Below are positions 50,248-63,012 of a stretch of 64,000 nucleotides of DNA, piece by piece. This DNA is from Chiloscyllium plagiosum (Eukaryota), in contig NC_057723.1 in assembly GCF_004010195.1 (NCBI RefSeq), positions 39,902,119 to 39,966,118 on the forward strand, read 5' to 3'. A program made the translations under genes and the position numbers. Each line of letters begins with the position of its first letter. The stretch's first letter is position 1. The notes below the pieces were generated by a model. It saw nothing but the letters and a program-made list of their open reading frames with translations, ran no database searches and was not told where the DNA came from.

Positions 50248-51104
50248 AATTCATTGATATGTGGCTTGGGATGACTGACTTGGGATGGGTTGGAGAAAGG
50301 GTGGGGGAATGGGAAGACTAGCCTCCTTCCGTGCTGTAGCTATTTTCTGATTCTACGTAAGGCTATTTAGCATGTTCTTTTGGTTCCCAAGTGTTAAGGT
50401 TACAAACGTGTTTCTATGGCATGCTTTTATTAAGTGGTAAATTGTAAATTTGGATCATTAACCATCTCAAATCTAGATGTTTTAAATGGCAAGAACAAGA
50501 GTTTATTCAGAACCTACCAAATTGTACAATCTGGGCATTTTGTTTCCCTCAATTTTCTCCTTTTGCAAACACCATAATCTCAGCAACTTGTCACACAATA
50601 TTTTGAAAGAATGTGGTTGCTAAGAAAACCACTAAGCACCTTCATATAGGCTCGCTGAAAAACTAAACGAATGAAAACATACCACAGGAAAAGGCATGCC
50701 ACTTAATGCCAAGTGCCAACTGCAGGGACAAGTAAGGATTAGTGCTTATGTGCTGCAGTACAGGGTTAGCCTGGGGATAGAATTGTTCTATCGTGTTGTT
50801 TATTATGGGAGTTACCAAGTGGGCAGGTATCAGTGTGTGTTACTGTTCCATCTGACGCCACTTGTAATTTTATCTTTATTTTATGCAACAGCATTCCATA
50901 ACACATTTGCCAAATTATATTTTGAAGATGCTGTCATTTCACAAAGAGATTTAACCAGAATACCAAAATAGTGAAAGGAAAGGAAAATAATTTCCAATTA
51001 AGAGTATTACTTATAATTGTAATATTTCTCCTGTCTAAAATATCATTAAGCAAAATGCCATTTCTGGACTTGTGAAAGTTAAAATTTTGCACTGAGCATT
51101 AACA

Positions 51105-51845
51105 AAACTTTGAATGGAGAAAGACTGCAGAAAGACTGCAGGATCTGGAAGTCCTCTTGGAAAAATCACAAAAAGCTAGTGTTCAAGTTCAAAAGGTAGT
51201 GTGGATGTCAAACGTATTGTTGGCCCTTAATTTCAAGGGAATGGAGTATAAAAGTAGGGAGGGTTTGCTAAAATTACACAAGGCATAATTCAGATCACAG
51301 CCGGAATAGTGTGATTGGTTTTGGGCCCCTTATCTAAGGAAAGATATACTGGCATTGGAAGGAGTCCAGAGAAGCTTCTCTAGGCTGATACCAGGTATAG
51401 AGGAACTTTCTTAAAAAGATAGGTTGAGTAAATTACACCTGTACTCATTGGAATTCACAAGAATGTGAGGTGACCTTATTGAAGCATATGATTGTTAGGG
51501 GACCTGACAGGTAGATCTGGGAAGGTTATTTCCCTTTGTGGGAGAGTCCATGATCGGAGGACGTAATCTCAGAATGACGGGTCAAAGGTTTAATACAGAG
51601 ATGACGAGTGTTTCTTCTCTCAGAGGGTGCAGAATCTATGGAATTCTTTACTGCAATGGGCTGTTCAGTATATTCAAGGCTGAGATAAATAGATTTTTAA
51701 TCAGTGTGGGAAACAAGGGGTTATATGGGGGAAAGGCAGAAAAGTGGAATTGAGGGTAATCAGATCAGCTATGATCTCAATGAATGGTGGAGCAGACTTG
51801 GACTGATGGCTTACCTCTGTTCCTACATCTCATGTTCTTATGGTC
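51105..51845 (+). mobile_element. CR1 3' fragment
   Basis: ttttgggccccttatctaaggaaagatatactggcattggaaggagtccagagaag (FWAPYLRKDILALEGVQR), ttctctcagaggg, 3' UTR. Confidence 0.85.
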
Positions 51846-53127
51846 AAAAACAGCAGATAATATGCCTAAGATAAACATTTTTTTGCCATAGTAAAATATT
51901 GTATGCTATCCACGTGGAGCAGGTCAAATACATAATAAGACATAAAGGAAAACAGTAAGATTAGTTTTAAGTGATTATGGGGAGGTTTATTTGTATAGGC
52001 AAAAATTAGCTATGATAGCAGATAGATAAAATTGGTTATGGGACAGAAATATTAAATGACCAATGTTGAAATTGAAGATGTAGTGTATCCTGCGATCAGT
52101 CTAGGTCAACATTTCCTCTTGCTGCATGTATAGAGTATTTGGTTTACTGCATAGGAAGCTTGATAATAAAGTTGTCCAGAGAGTCACCCATTGAATTAAT
52201 GCAAGAATCTGGATTATTAATGGATGCACTGATTGGAGGAGAACACAATCTTGAAGACATGAGTACAGCCAAGAATATGTTATTCAAAATCAGATGATGC
52301 AGATTTTCCTTGCTTGCAGATTGAGCTCCATTAATCAGTAAGTGACATTCTTGGCTAATATGGATGTAGCAGAATGCGTCTGTGATTTTATTTGGTTTAT
52401 TGCTGTTAGTTAGCCACAGTGAAGATGACTGGATGATCAGGTATGGACTCATCCATAACTTCACATTTTCTAAAGCCTATTCTAAGGCAAAGAGTTGATG
52501 TCACTAAACAAAGCAGTCTGATTACAAAGTATGAGTAGGAACAAGTAATGATTGATAACAGCTATCTGTGATACTTTTGTTTTTGCACAGTCAACAAGTT
52601 TTGAAGATGCCATCATTGAATATAAATCTCCTATCACAAATTCTACATGGTTTGAACAGAACTGCAGCAAACATTTGGAATAAGTTTGCAACTGCATAAT
52701 CTCACTTCACTCCATTATTATTACATGAGCCATCATGTATTTCATCACATAAGTCTGCTGGGGTAACCAAAATTTAGGGGAATCTCCCACCTTGCATCAT
52801 AATATACTAATGCCTTTCTCAAATCAGTTAGAAGCCACATAGAATGTTTTTTGCTACATGTTTCTTGGAATTGACAGATTGAGAAAATTGTGTCAGATGT
52901 TTTGTGATCATCCTACCAACATTCGCAGTTTGCTGGGAGAAATTGTTCTTTTAGTTCTTTGTTTAGTCAGCAAAGAACGTAACTGAAGACACAAATAAGA
53001 CTACAGTGCATGCTGTAAATTGATAGCAATCCGGTAGTACCTGTGACGAGAAAAACAGTGATAATGGTGCCAGGTCACAGCATTGATCACATTTTAGTAC
53101 ACTGGAAGGATCTAGGACCTCAGAGAA

Positions 53128-53530
53128 GCATGGCAGAGAGTAACAAATATCACACTTTCAGGTGCCAAGTTCCACACTTTGAACTTCTCAGCATTTTCCT
53201 GAAGAGCTATCCACCCAGCAATGTACCTTGCAGCTCCATTCATTTCACCCTCTCTCTTCAGGCATCTCCTCATGTCATCATCAATCGTCATAATCTGTGT
53301 TTCATATTCACCCTCCACTAATGATGTTCTTCCCTCCTTTCTACATGTCATAATGAGCACTCAACGCATTCTCTCCTTTCAGAAGAAAATAACACACGGT
53401 GTTGTGGTGAGAGGCAGTGAACCGGGAAGTGGGTGGTGGTCAGGTGGCCTTCCAACTACGAGCCTGTTAATAGGCCACTGGCAATCTGTGCCCATTTGCT
53501 CCGCTGGGAAGGAGCTCCTGTTTCTCAAGT
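53128..53530 (+). mobile_element. Degraded Harbinger Myb-like gene remnant
   Basis: ATG-MAESN...QVPHF; acceptor tctcctttcag followed by KKITH...ERQ*TG, resembling the EK.AHN.RER..TGGG second exon of these elements. Confidence 0.4.
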
Positions 53531-55639
53531 TTGCTAAAGTCAGTATGATCTGTCATAAAAGATTCAGCCTCTGAGACACTGATGTTCATTGACAGAGCTG
53601 ATCCTTCATGTGTCAACTCCTTGGTGGGAGTGTTAATTGGATGTCAATGTCCTTCCCATTTGTATAGGGGCATTTAGCTGAGGAGAGGCAGCCAGTGCTG
53701 CTGCTGCTGCTTGGATAGGTGCAGCTGTATTTGCTGTTGGTGGTTGTGTCATCCCACGATGAAGGCTCACAGCAAGGACATGTAGCTGAATGTGAGTGAG
53801 ATGCAAGTCAAGGTGCAGTGTCTTAAAAGAAGTTAGCAATACTTGTCAAGCAGTGAAAGCACATCTGCTTACACAGTAGTTTACACAGTATTCAATCTAT
53901 ACCAATGGCTGTCTTCTGTGTAACTTAAGGCTTCCCAGTTAGTCAGTTTCATCAAGAAGCTCTTCCCATAATACTCTGCCCTCAGTGAATTGTTGACTGA
54001 TCAGAAAACAGAGTCCCTGGTCAGTAAATGGAGGGTTAAAACTAAAACAGTTGGTAACAAGCAGTTAAACAGGGATTCTCTCCCCTTCAAACCCATCCCA
54101 TTAAATCCTGAAGATGGTGGGATAATTTCTGTCCTGATGTCACAATTCAGTGGTTTAACCCCGTTTGCAAATCTAAATCTGCTTCCTTACGCCTGGTAAA
54201 ATCTGTTCCACTCTCCACAGAAACAGCCAGAAAGTATTTCCAGCATTTTTGAGCTTCACTTCAGATTCCCAGGATCCACACTATTAATGTTTCTGCAGAA
54301 GATTACAGTTGCCAGGATACAGAATGAGGCGCTTAATTGGTCTGAATTCTAAGTCATTCTAACTATATGTGTATATTGAAATAAGTAGAGGCAAACTTCT
54401 GTTAGCGGTTTGAGTATCCAGAGCCTGCTGACACTGAAACAGAGAGAATATCAAGTACTGACCTAAAGTTAACACCAAGGTTCTGTAAACTGAGAGCTGG
54501 GCATTGGGATTAATTCTGAATTGTTTTAGCAAAGAAAAGGGGTTTATGCAATGGATCAAGTGACCTCCTTCAGTATTACTAGCTTTGATGGTTTATGCTG
54601 AAGCAAATACGTTTGAAGTATGTAACTTAAATCTTGGGATTTTTGAGTTGTCATTAAATGGTTGTAAATGTGATATCTTGCTTCCGCCATGTGGTCCTTT
54701 ATGCATGATGCTGGATGTCTGTGGACAGAAACAGGCTTCTGAGGGCCAGAACTAAAATTGGATACAAATGGTGCACTTTGAAAATGATAAAGAAAACCAG
54801 GCTTTTCAGTGTAGAGGTACATTTTACAAAAACTGTAATATCCAGAGCTCATAAATAACATTCTGGTAATTTCCTGCAAAACAATCTGTTTCAGTTTAAA
54901 ATCGCTGATATTGCTTTATAACAGTGACTTTACTTTTACCCCTGAGATGTTTAAGGATTTTTTTTGCTGAGTAAACTGAACAAAATACAGATCAGAACTT
55001 CAGATTGTGAACAGTTATTTTTCAATTAATTGTTTGAAATGCATCATTGGAGTTGGTTTTTTGGAACCTTATTTCATAAATTTTCTTGGACTTTCAGTCA
55101 GAATATTGTTGTAACGTTATTGGAAATGCAGCAAAAAAGTCTGTTGATTTGTATTAATGGAATTTTCACCACAATTGGGATGTTACATTACTTCAGTACA
55201 ATGACAGACAGACAAATGCAATTTGGGGTCAAAGTAGGTCTTAATTGATTAAATTGCCATCTTGCTGTAATTGTTTTCTTTGGTAATCTGGTATTGCATT
55301 CGTATGTGAGCATAATATAATTACAGCAAATTATAACAGATTAGCAGATGCTTGCAATTTTACTTTCATATATTAAGCATTTGAAGAAGAATACCAAACA
55401 CCTTATCCTCACCTTTAACTAGGCATTGTAATGAGGTTAGGTTATAATATTAACCAAGTTTTATATCTTTAACAACTCTTAAAATAGTCAAACAGATGTA
55501 TCGAGATGATATTAAAAAAACAGTAAAGTTGTACTGATTATCCTGCATTGACCTAGGTACAGAATATTTTCCAGTCCATTACCAACCCATCTGTACACTT
55601 GATGGAATTCATGGATAACTCCCCACAGATTGCAGTTAA

Positions 55640-56470
55640 AGCTTGAACAAAGGAAGATGGTTGTAGTTGTTGGAGGCCAGTCATCTCAGTGCCAGGAAAT
55701 AAAGCTTCAGCAGTCCCTTAGGGCAGTGTTTTTGGCCCAGTCATTTAATCGTTATTCTTTCTAGCAAGAGGAATGGAGTACAAAAGTAGGGAGGTTATGT
55801 TTTAGTTATGTGGCATTGGCAAGACCACGTATGAAGCACTGTGCACAGTACTAGTCTCCTATTTAAGGAAGGATTTAATTGCATTGGAAGCAATTCAGAG
55901 AAAGTTTATTACACCAGCACCTGGAATGATTGTCTTATGAGGAAGTGTTAGACAGGCTAGATTGTAATCTGCTTGAGTTTAAAGTGTAAGAGCTAACTTG
56001 ATTGAAACATTTAAGATCTGAGGATGAGAACAGTTGGATGTAGAAAGGGTGTTTCTTTTTGTGGGAGAATCTAGATTTAGCAGTCAGTGTTTACGAATAA
56101 GAAGCTGTCTATTTAATATGAAGAAGAGAATGTTTCTCACGTAGAAGGTCGCAAATCTTTAGAACTCTCTTCCTCAAATGGCAGAGGTGGATAGATTCTT
56201 GGCAAAAGTGGGTACTGCAGATGCTGGAGATTAGAGTCAAGATTAGAGTGGTGCTGGAAAAGCACAGCAGGTCAGACAGCATCCGAGGAGCAGGAAATCG
56301 ATGTTTCAGGCAAAAGTCCTTCATCAGGAATGAGCCTGGATATATTCTGGATAAGCAAGGAGGCAAAAGATTATTGGGGCTAAGCAGATGTGGAATAATC
56401 GAATCAGTCACAATCTGGTGAGGCAAACTCGAGAAGCTGAGTGGTAATTCCTGTTCCAAACTTGTAGGTT
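55640..56470 (+). mobile_element. CR1-group fragments (RT and 3' end), interrupted by a PLE pLTR
   Basis: QRKMVVVVGGQSSQ...VP*GSVFGP; tatttaaggaaggatttaattgcattggaagcaattcagaga; 3' UTR. Confidence 0.7.
56202..56336 (-). mobile_element. Solo PLE pLTR with hammerhead motif and ~14-bp TSD
   Basis: Minus strand ATTC-CTGATGA-aggacttttgcct-GAAAC-ATC-GATT (56296-56331). TSD tggatagattcttg (56188-56201) / tggatatattctgg (56337-56350). Confidence 0.8.
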
Positions 56471-56544
56471 TGATTTCTGAAACTGCTTTAGTCAATGGCC
56501 ATTTCTTCATCACAAGATCATGATTGCACTGTGTGCAATTTCAT

Positions 56545-57000
56545 TCACAACTCCTCAGATAAAGGAGCAATCTTGTCCACAGACAGCAATAGCTGAACAA
56601 CATTCAGGCTCGTCCTAATGAGTGGCAGTTAACATACATGTCACAACGAACTAGGGAATGACCATCTTCAAGTGGAGAGAGTTTCATCACCCTAACTGAC
56701 ATCTAAGACATTACCATTGCTAGCCCCCACCATAAATGGACTAGTCACTTAAACTATAAAAAGATGACACTTACTGCTGAGAATTCAGCAGTAAGTGAAT
56801 CAAGTAAATGATTGATTTCCAAAGCCTATCCATTATTTTCAAGGCACAAGTCAGAAGTGTGATAGAATACTGTGTGCTTACCTGAATGAGCATTGGAGCT
56901 TCAACAACACTGAAGTAGATCAAACCATTCAGAACAAAGCAGCCTGCTGGTGGAACATGCCATACACCATTCCATTCACTCCATCTACCACTGGTGCATA
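56545..57000 (+). mobile_element. CR1/L2-group RT C-terminal fragment (second lineage)
   Basis: aacaacattcaggct...gagtggcag (NIQAWA..WQ) and ttcaaggcacaagtcagaagtgtgatagaatac (KAQVRSVMEY). Confidence 0.55.
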
Positions 57001-57514
57001 ATTGCACAATATAAATGTAGAAATCCTATCTCTGAGAATGTCATTAGGAAATGTGGTCATTGCCAGTGCTGTGATGCAGCCAACACTAGCAGACACCAAT
57101 GGCTGGATTGAACAGTGGTACCAGCAAAGTGAGAGAAATAAAGGCAAAGATTCCTGAAGCTGGGTTACTCAACCAGACATTTAGTTCCTGAAAACCTTTG
57201 CCCCTGCCCATGCAAACTGCAGTCAAAGACTACACAGTTTACTACGTGGTCTTCTCAGATGTCTCGTCCTCTGCCCACTGCTGTAGTACAGTGGTGGCAG
57301 AATGAGGTCCTTAGGAACCCCAGCTTCCCAACTCATCCCTGTTTCTGAACTCACTTTCTGGTGAGAGCAGGAGTCCTTTAAAGTCTGCAGTCTCTTACTT
57401 TAGAGTAAAAAGAAACAATTGTAAATGGCTGCACTGTAGTAATTACACTTAGAACATCTAATAGTTATACATTAAACAAATACCCTTGCATTGCTCCTCT
57501 GTGTTTATTGTTTC

Positions 57515-57690
57515 TTTTTCATTTGTTTGTGTATTGTCAATGTTGCTGACTAGATCAGCATTTATTGCCCATCCCCAGAGAACAGTTTAGAGTCAATCAC
57601 AGTGCTGTGGGTCTAGAGTCACATATAAGTCTGTACAGGTAAGGATGGTAGATTTCCTTCCTTAAAGAATGTTAGTGAACCAGATTGTTG
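57515..57690 (-). mobile_element. SINE 3' part (12015 family)
   Basis: catttattgcccatcccc...agagtcaatcac...gtctagagtcacat...ttccttccttaaagaatgttagtgaaccaga. Confidence 0.65.
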
Positions 57691-57864
57691 CATTTTTTTT
57701 TGTTCTTTTTTGGTATTTATTACATATTTCTACTCAGTTTGAGTTTAAACATTGGATCAGCACAGACTTAGAACAACAGAAGTATAAGATACAGTGTAAA
57801 TTATTTATCTATTCTGATTTTAAGTCAACAAAATAATTTTCTGAAAATCGTACTGAACTATTTT

Positions 57865-58092
57865 GGTGGTACTCAGTGGTTAGCACTGCAGCTTCACAGT
57901 GCCAGGGACCCAGGTTCAATTTGGGCCTCAGGCAACTGTCTGTGTGGAGTTTGCACTTTCTCCCCATATCTTTGTGGGTTACCTCTGGGTGTTCCAGTTT
58001 CCTCCCACAGTCCAAAGATGTTAGGTGGATTGACCATGCTAAACTACCCATAGTGTCCAGTGATGTGCAGACGATGTGAATTAGCCATGTGC
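57865..58092 (+). mobile_element. HE1-type SINE, 3'-truncated or variant
   Basis: ggtggtactcagtggttagcactgc...ggttcaatt...tgtgtggagtttgcac...ccacagtccaaagatg. Confidence 0.8.
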
Positions 58093-58600
58093 TAGTGAGT
58101 TTTATAATAAAGTAAAATACTTCAAAACTCTTCAGATACTCTACATCCTACCCACTGGGATCCTAGACACCTGACTCTTTATTCCCCTACCCATCTGGCA
58201 TTGTACCCTCCCAGGACCCTATGCTCACACTTACATTATAAACTCAACCCTCTCATAGGTGCTGTCAAAGTAGCTGTCTATGATACCAGTCAATTAAGTT
58301 ATGGAATATAGCAACTGACTGCTGTGCAAAAGGAGGTGTGGTTTGCTTTGCTACAACTATTCTATGCCACGTGAGAATGAAAGTACATCTCCACGCTGCT
58401 GAAATGGAATCTCCTGTCAAAAATGCACAGCTCTTTCCTTTCATTAACAAAAAATAAGTGGAGTAGCAATCAGCAAATGATTGCACTCCGCAGAACATCT
58501 GACCCAATCTTTTTAAACTGATGAAAAATATTGTTGAAAGTCAATTTGTGTTGTATGTAGTTTGAGCGTTAAATTCTATGATCATTTACACCAGTTATGT

Positions 58601-59268
58601 TGTTATTGGAGTAACTGCACCATTATAAAGCTTCTGTGTGAAGATATGTGCATTCAAGAGGGATTGACTGTCCTGGTTCTCTTGGTGTTGACTGTTGTAA
58701 ACCTGGTGCCAAGATATCTGCTCCATGGGAAACAGAGTAAATAGCTCTGGGTTTTTTAAACTAGACAAAAGAAACATTAGTGGGAGGAGTCAGGTTCACG
58801 CAGACCCTGAGTTTGGCTTTCTGTTGTTAAAGCTGGGGTTCTTGGAGTTGAAGCTGCTAAATGCAGCTCTCTCTCTGCTGTTGCTGCAAAAGGTTTGAGT
58901 TCTGTCTCTGCTATTGGATTAATTCTTTCAGTTTTCCCTTTCTCCTACACTGGAGAAAGCACATGAGTAAATCTGTTTTGCTGAATTTGCCTTTTGCCAA
59001 GAGTGTGTTTATGGCATGCTGCTATACTGGAATAGTTGATGAGTAGTAGTTGTCTTATTTTGTTAAGTATTTTAAGCGAGTTAAAGTTAAGCCAATTCTC
59101 TCTTGTTTTGTTTGTATTTTAACTCTGGTTTAAGAATAAGGTGTGTTTTGCTTAAAGCTGAGTAGATTGGATCACAGCTGCAATGCACCTTGCCCTTAAA
59201 TAATCTAAAAATTAAAGTCTAGGCTATCTCCTTGATATGTTTGAGAGGGTTTGATCTGGTCCATAACA
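58601..59268 (+). mobile_element. Solo-LTR-like element
   Basis: TGTTATTGGA ... TCCATAACA near-inverted termini (TG...CA); aataa-type signals near the 3' end; no ORF. Confidence 0.45.
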
Positions 59269-60179
59269 CCAGACCAAGAAGGTTTTGATTTGTTAAATCC
59301 AGTACCTTAGCAAATAAAATCCTTTCACTGGTGAATAATTGAGATATGTATCAAATCAAGTAGTCCTAATTGGTAGAATATGTGAAAAATATTTATTCCC
59401 TATATAGAGCATATGCTTTCTAAGAACTGGGGCAAATGTCTCATAATACACTTTTCTTATGGGCTTTGATATGGGTTACCAATGTCAATATAATGACAAC
59501 ATTAATTATTTTACCACAATCAAATTAAGTGTTTGTTTATGTAATTGATTAACTATCAATGTGCAATTTACAATTCTTAGAATAATGTTTTAACAATAAA
59601 TATATTCACCATTATTCAGCTATGAATTATTTATGTGAATCCTCTCACTATGCTCACAAGCAGTGTATTCTTCTGGCAGGTTGAGCAAGGCCCCTTGAAG
59701 AATGTTTATTGATCTTGGGATGAATGAGAAACTAGATTGGGCCAGACGTTGCTGCAGCAGGGTGTTTTACAGTTGAGTTGTATTTTTGTATCTTACTGTC
59801 CCGGTCATGTTACTTCTGTGCTACAAATTGCAGAAGAAGTAAATTGATTATGGCATGGCAGCATCAACAAGGCATCTGAGATTCCATCAGCATCTAGTTC
59901 TAAACCAAGAATAATAAAAGAATAAGGGCAAACAACTGAGAAGGAAATGGGATGAATTAAAGACAAATTAGATGTACAAAATCAAATAATTGCTTGATTT
60001 TCCCAGCCTTACAATGGACTAGGAAGTGGGGGTGCCAGGAATATTGGGCCTTTTTTGGGAGGGTAGGGCTGCCTCTGAAAAGCTCTCTGATGTATTTCTA
60101 CCAGCAAGTTTCTTAGGCCTGAGTGGGGACCCAGTTAGCTGCTTGGACCATTGAGATTGGTCATCAGTTCACATGGTTT

Positions 60180-60318
60180 TGAAGAAAGTGAGGACTGCAG
60201 ATGCTGGAGATCAAAGTCAAAACGTGTGGTGCTGGAAAAGCACAGTAGGTCAGATAGCATCCAAGGAGCAGGAGAGTTGACATTTTGAGCATAAGCTCCT
60301 CAAGTTCCTGATGAAGAC
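60180..60318 (-). mobile_element. PLE pLTR with a short inverted piece at the hammerhead
   Basis: Antisense pLTR (gaggactgcagatgctggaga...gagcataagctcctca) directly followed by sense ttcCTGATGAag. tcacatg occurs on both sides (60169-60175 / 60319-60325). Confidence 0.7.
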
Positions 60319-60737
60319 TCACATGTACTAGACATGGGGCAAATCTGCAGGCCGGCAAACATTTCCATCTCTCTGAAACTGTCGGCTGTAAAGTAAGAAG
60401 TTAATCAGGAAATTTTGCTGTGCTAGTTTTGAGGCCATCATGTGCTGGTTAGAGATCCCCATTGGTTTCTATGGTCAAGATCCTAAAGCCAAATAGGCCA
60501 GTTCATGTGCAGAATATGGATTTTATTTTCACTCTGCATGCACTTTTTAAATTTTTTATTGACTGCAATGAAACATTCATTATCTGTAATCCAATTATTT
60601 GCTAAGACTTTGACAAGATATAACCTTGTATAAACTATTCAACTATTGTTAGACCTGCACTAGGAAAAGATTTGGAGAGTCTTCACAGTACAGAAATTTC
60701 CATTGTCCAACAGGACGGTTCCAACTCAATGTTGAGT

Positions 60738-60972
60738 AATTAGATTAGATTACTTACAGTGTGGAAACAGACCCTTTGGCCCAACAAGTCCACACCGACC
60801 CATCGAAGTGCAACCCACCCAGACCCATTCCCCTACATTTACCCCTTCATCTAACACTACGGGCAATTTAACTTGGCCAATTCACCTAACCTGCACATTT
60901 TTTTTGGACTGTGGGAGGAAACCGGAGCACCCGGAGGAAACCCACGCAGACATGGGGAGAATGTACAAACTC
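60738..60972 (-). mobile_element. HE1-type SINE, 5'-truncated
   Basis: (ttaga)n-ttacttacagtgtggaaacag...ggaaaccggagcacccggaggaaacccacgcagaca. Confidence 0.88.
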
Positions 60973-61209
60973 GAGTAATGGAGATTCAACTGTAACACTG
61001 TCTCAGGTAAACACAGAACATAGCAATTATCAGAATAATGTAATATTTCTGCTTCTAACAAGATGGAGTTGAAAACTTTCATCATAGCATATTAAACTGC
61101 ACATACATACGTACAGACAGGTAATCAAATCGGTGAGACAAACCGCCTGACTGAAGCTGAAGGAATTCTCTCTCCACCTGCGTTTAATACAATGCCTCAT
61201 AGAACAGAA

Positions 61210-61375
61210 ACAATTTCAAATTATATAGTGCTTTCACATTCTCAACATGTCCCAAAGTGATTCACCATCACTGAAGCAATTTACAAGTGTACTTAAAGTT
61301 ATTATGGTAACAAACATAGCAGTGACTTTTCACACAGTGAAGGGCACATGTAGCAATGAGAGGATGACTAGATAA
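61210..61375 (-). mobile_element. Ancient Deu-domain/L2-tailed SINE 3' fragment
   Basis: ttatatagtgctttcac...catgtcccaaagtgattcac...tgaagcaatttacaagtgt...cagtgacttttcacacag, recalled as resembling AmnSINE1/SacSINE1-type tails. Confidence 0.45.
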
Positions 61376-61910
61376 ACTATGATAGGAACCAGAGAAGGCC
61401 ATTCAACCCATCGAGCCTGCCCTCCCATTCAAAACGATCATGGCCAGTTGAACACTTCAATGCTTTATACCCATGCCCTCCCAGTAACCCTCTGCACTAC
61501 TGGTAATCATTAATCTATCAATCTCCATCTTAAACATTCCCAAAGACTAAACTTTCACAGCCCTCTATGGTAGAGAATTCCAAAAGTTCGTCATTCTCTG
61601 AGTAAAAGAAATTTCCTTACCTCAGACCTAAGAGTCATTCTCCATATTTTTAAAAATATGTTGAGACCCCCCAACCATGGAAACATCTTAGCTGCTTCTA
61701 CTCTGTCTGTCCCTTGAAGTATTATCTAAATTTCAATGAGTTCACTTTGCGTTCTGCAAAACTCTAGAGAATGCAGGCCCAGTTTTCCCAACCTCTCTTC
61801 CTAGGACAGTCCCACTTTCCAGGAACATGTCTGGTGAGCCTTCATTGCACTCCCTCTATGGCAATAATGTCTTTCCTGAGATAAGGAAACCAAAGAGCAC
61901 ATGATACTCT

Positions 61911-62130
61911 ACCTGCATCTACCTATCGCCTTCCAAGCTACCTTCCCCCCAGCCCCACACCCCCCCTCCATTTATCTCTCAAGACCTAGACCCCCCCCCA
62001 CATTCCTGATGAAGGGCTTATGCCCGAAACATCGACTCTCCTGCTCCTCAGCTGCTGCCTGACCTGTGGTACTATTCCAGTGTCACACGTTATGACTCTG
62101 ATTTCCAGCATCTGCAGTCCTTACTTTATC
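61911..62130 (+). mobile_element. PLE 3' region/pLTR with intact hammerhead core, inserted in CR1
   Basis: ATTC-CTGATGA-a-GGGC-ttat-GCCC-GAAAC-ATC-GACT (62002-62037), then ccagcatctgcagtccttacttt tail. Confidence 0.82.
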
Positions 62131-62931
62131 CAGGTGTGGTCCAGTTAGGCTTATATACAATTGAAGCAAGACTGCAATACTTCTGTACTCCAATCATCTC
62201 GCAATAAAGGCTAGCCCATTCCATGAGCCATCCTACTAACTTACTGCACCTAGATGTTAACCTTCAGTGATGAATTGGTAGGTCCCTTTGCATAGTTGTA
62301 CTTTCAAAGCTCTTTAAGAACTATTCCGCACATCTGTTTCTCCTATGAAATTGGGTAACATCACCTTTTTCCAGATTGTATTCCACCTGCTATGTTCTTC
62401 CTCATTCCCGAAGCCTGTTTGAAATCATCCTGGAGACATACACATATCTTCCTCACAAAACATATTCCCATTTGGCTTTGCATCATTTGCAAATCTGTAA
62501 GTATTGCATTTGGTCCCCAATTCTAAATCATTGATATAGATAGTAAACAGTTGGGTCCCAAGTACTGATTCTTGTGGTACTCCACCAGTCCCAACCTGCC
62601 AACATGGGAATGACTCAATTATTACTGTTTTCTGTTTGTTAGCCAAATGTTTTGTTTTCACATACTATACAGACCGTTTTCTTTTGTCAGGTTGTGTTCA
62701 TATTCTATTTTCCCTGCCTTATCAGTTTCTTGGTCCACCTTTATTATAATCTATTAAACTCTAAATAATCAGAATTCCTTCTATTTCTTGCAACTTTATA
62801 AACGTTTTAATCTTATACAATCTTAAACTTCCTCTCTTAGCCACAGTTGACTGAACTTTAATTTTTGTACCTTGAAGGAATGTATAGTTGCTGTGAGTCA
62901 CGTAATAGTTCTTTAAAGACTATCCATTGGC

Positions 62932-63012
62932 TATGTACAGTCATGTCTTTGAATGTATTTTCCTGATCCACCTACGTACAGTCATGCCTTTAATGTATTT
63001 TCTCAGTTCACC
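62932..63012. repeat. Tandem duplication, ~40-bp unit x2
   Basis: tatgtacagtcatgtctttgaatgtattttcctgatccacc / tacgtacagtcatgcctttaatgtattttctcagttcacc. Confidence 0.75.

Noticed and set aside
52144-52697. Two adjacent minus-strand ORFs as a possible endogenous viral or host gene
   Set aside because: They are in different frames, have no recognisable motifs and lie next to degraded LINE sequence.
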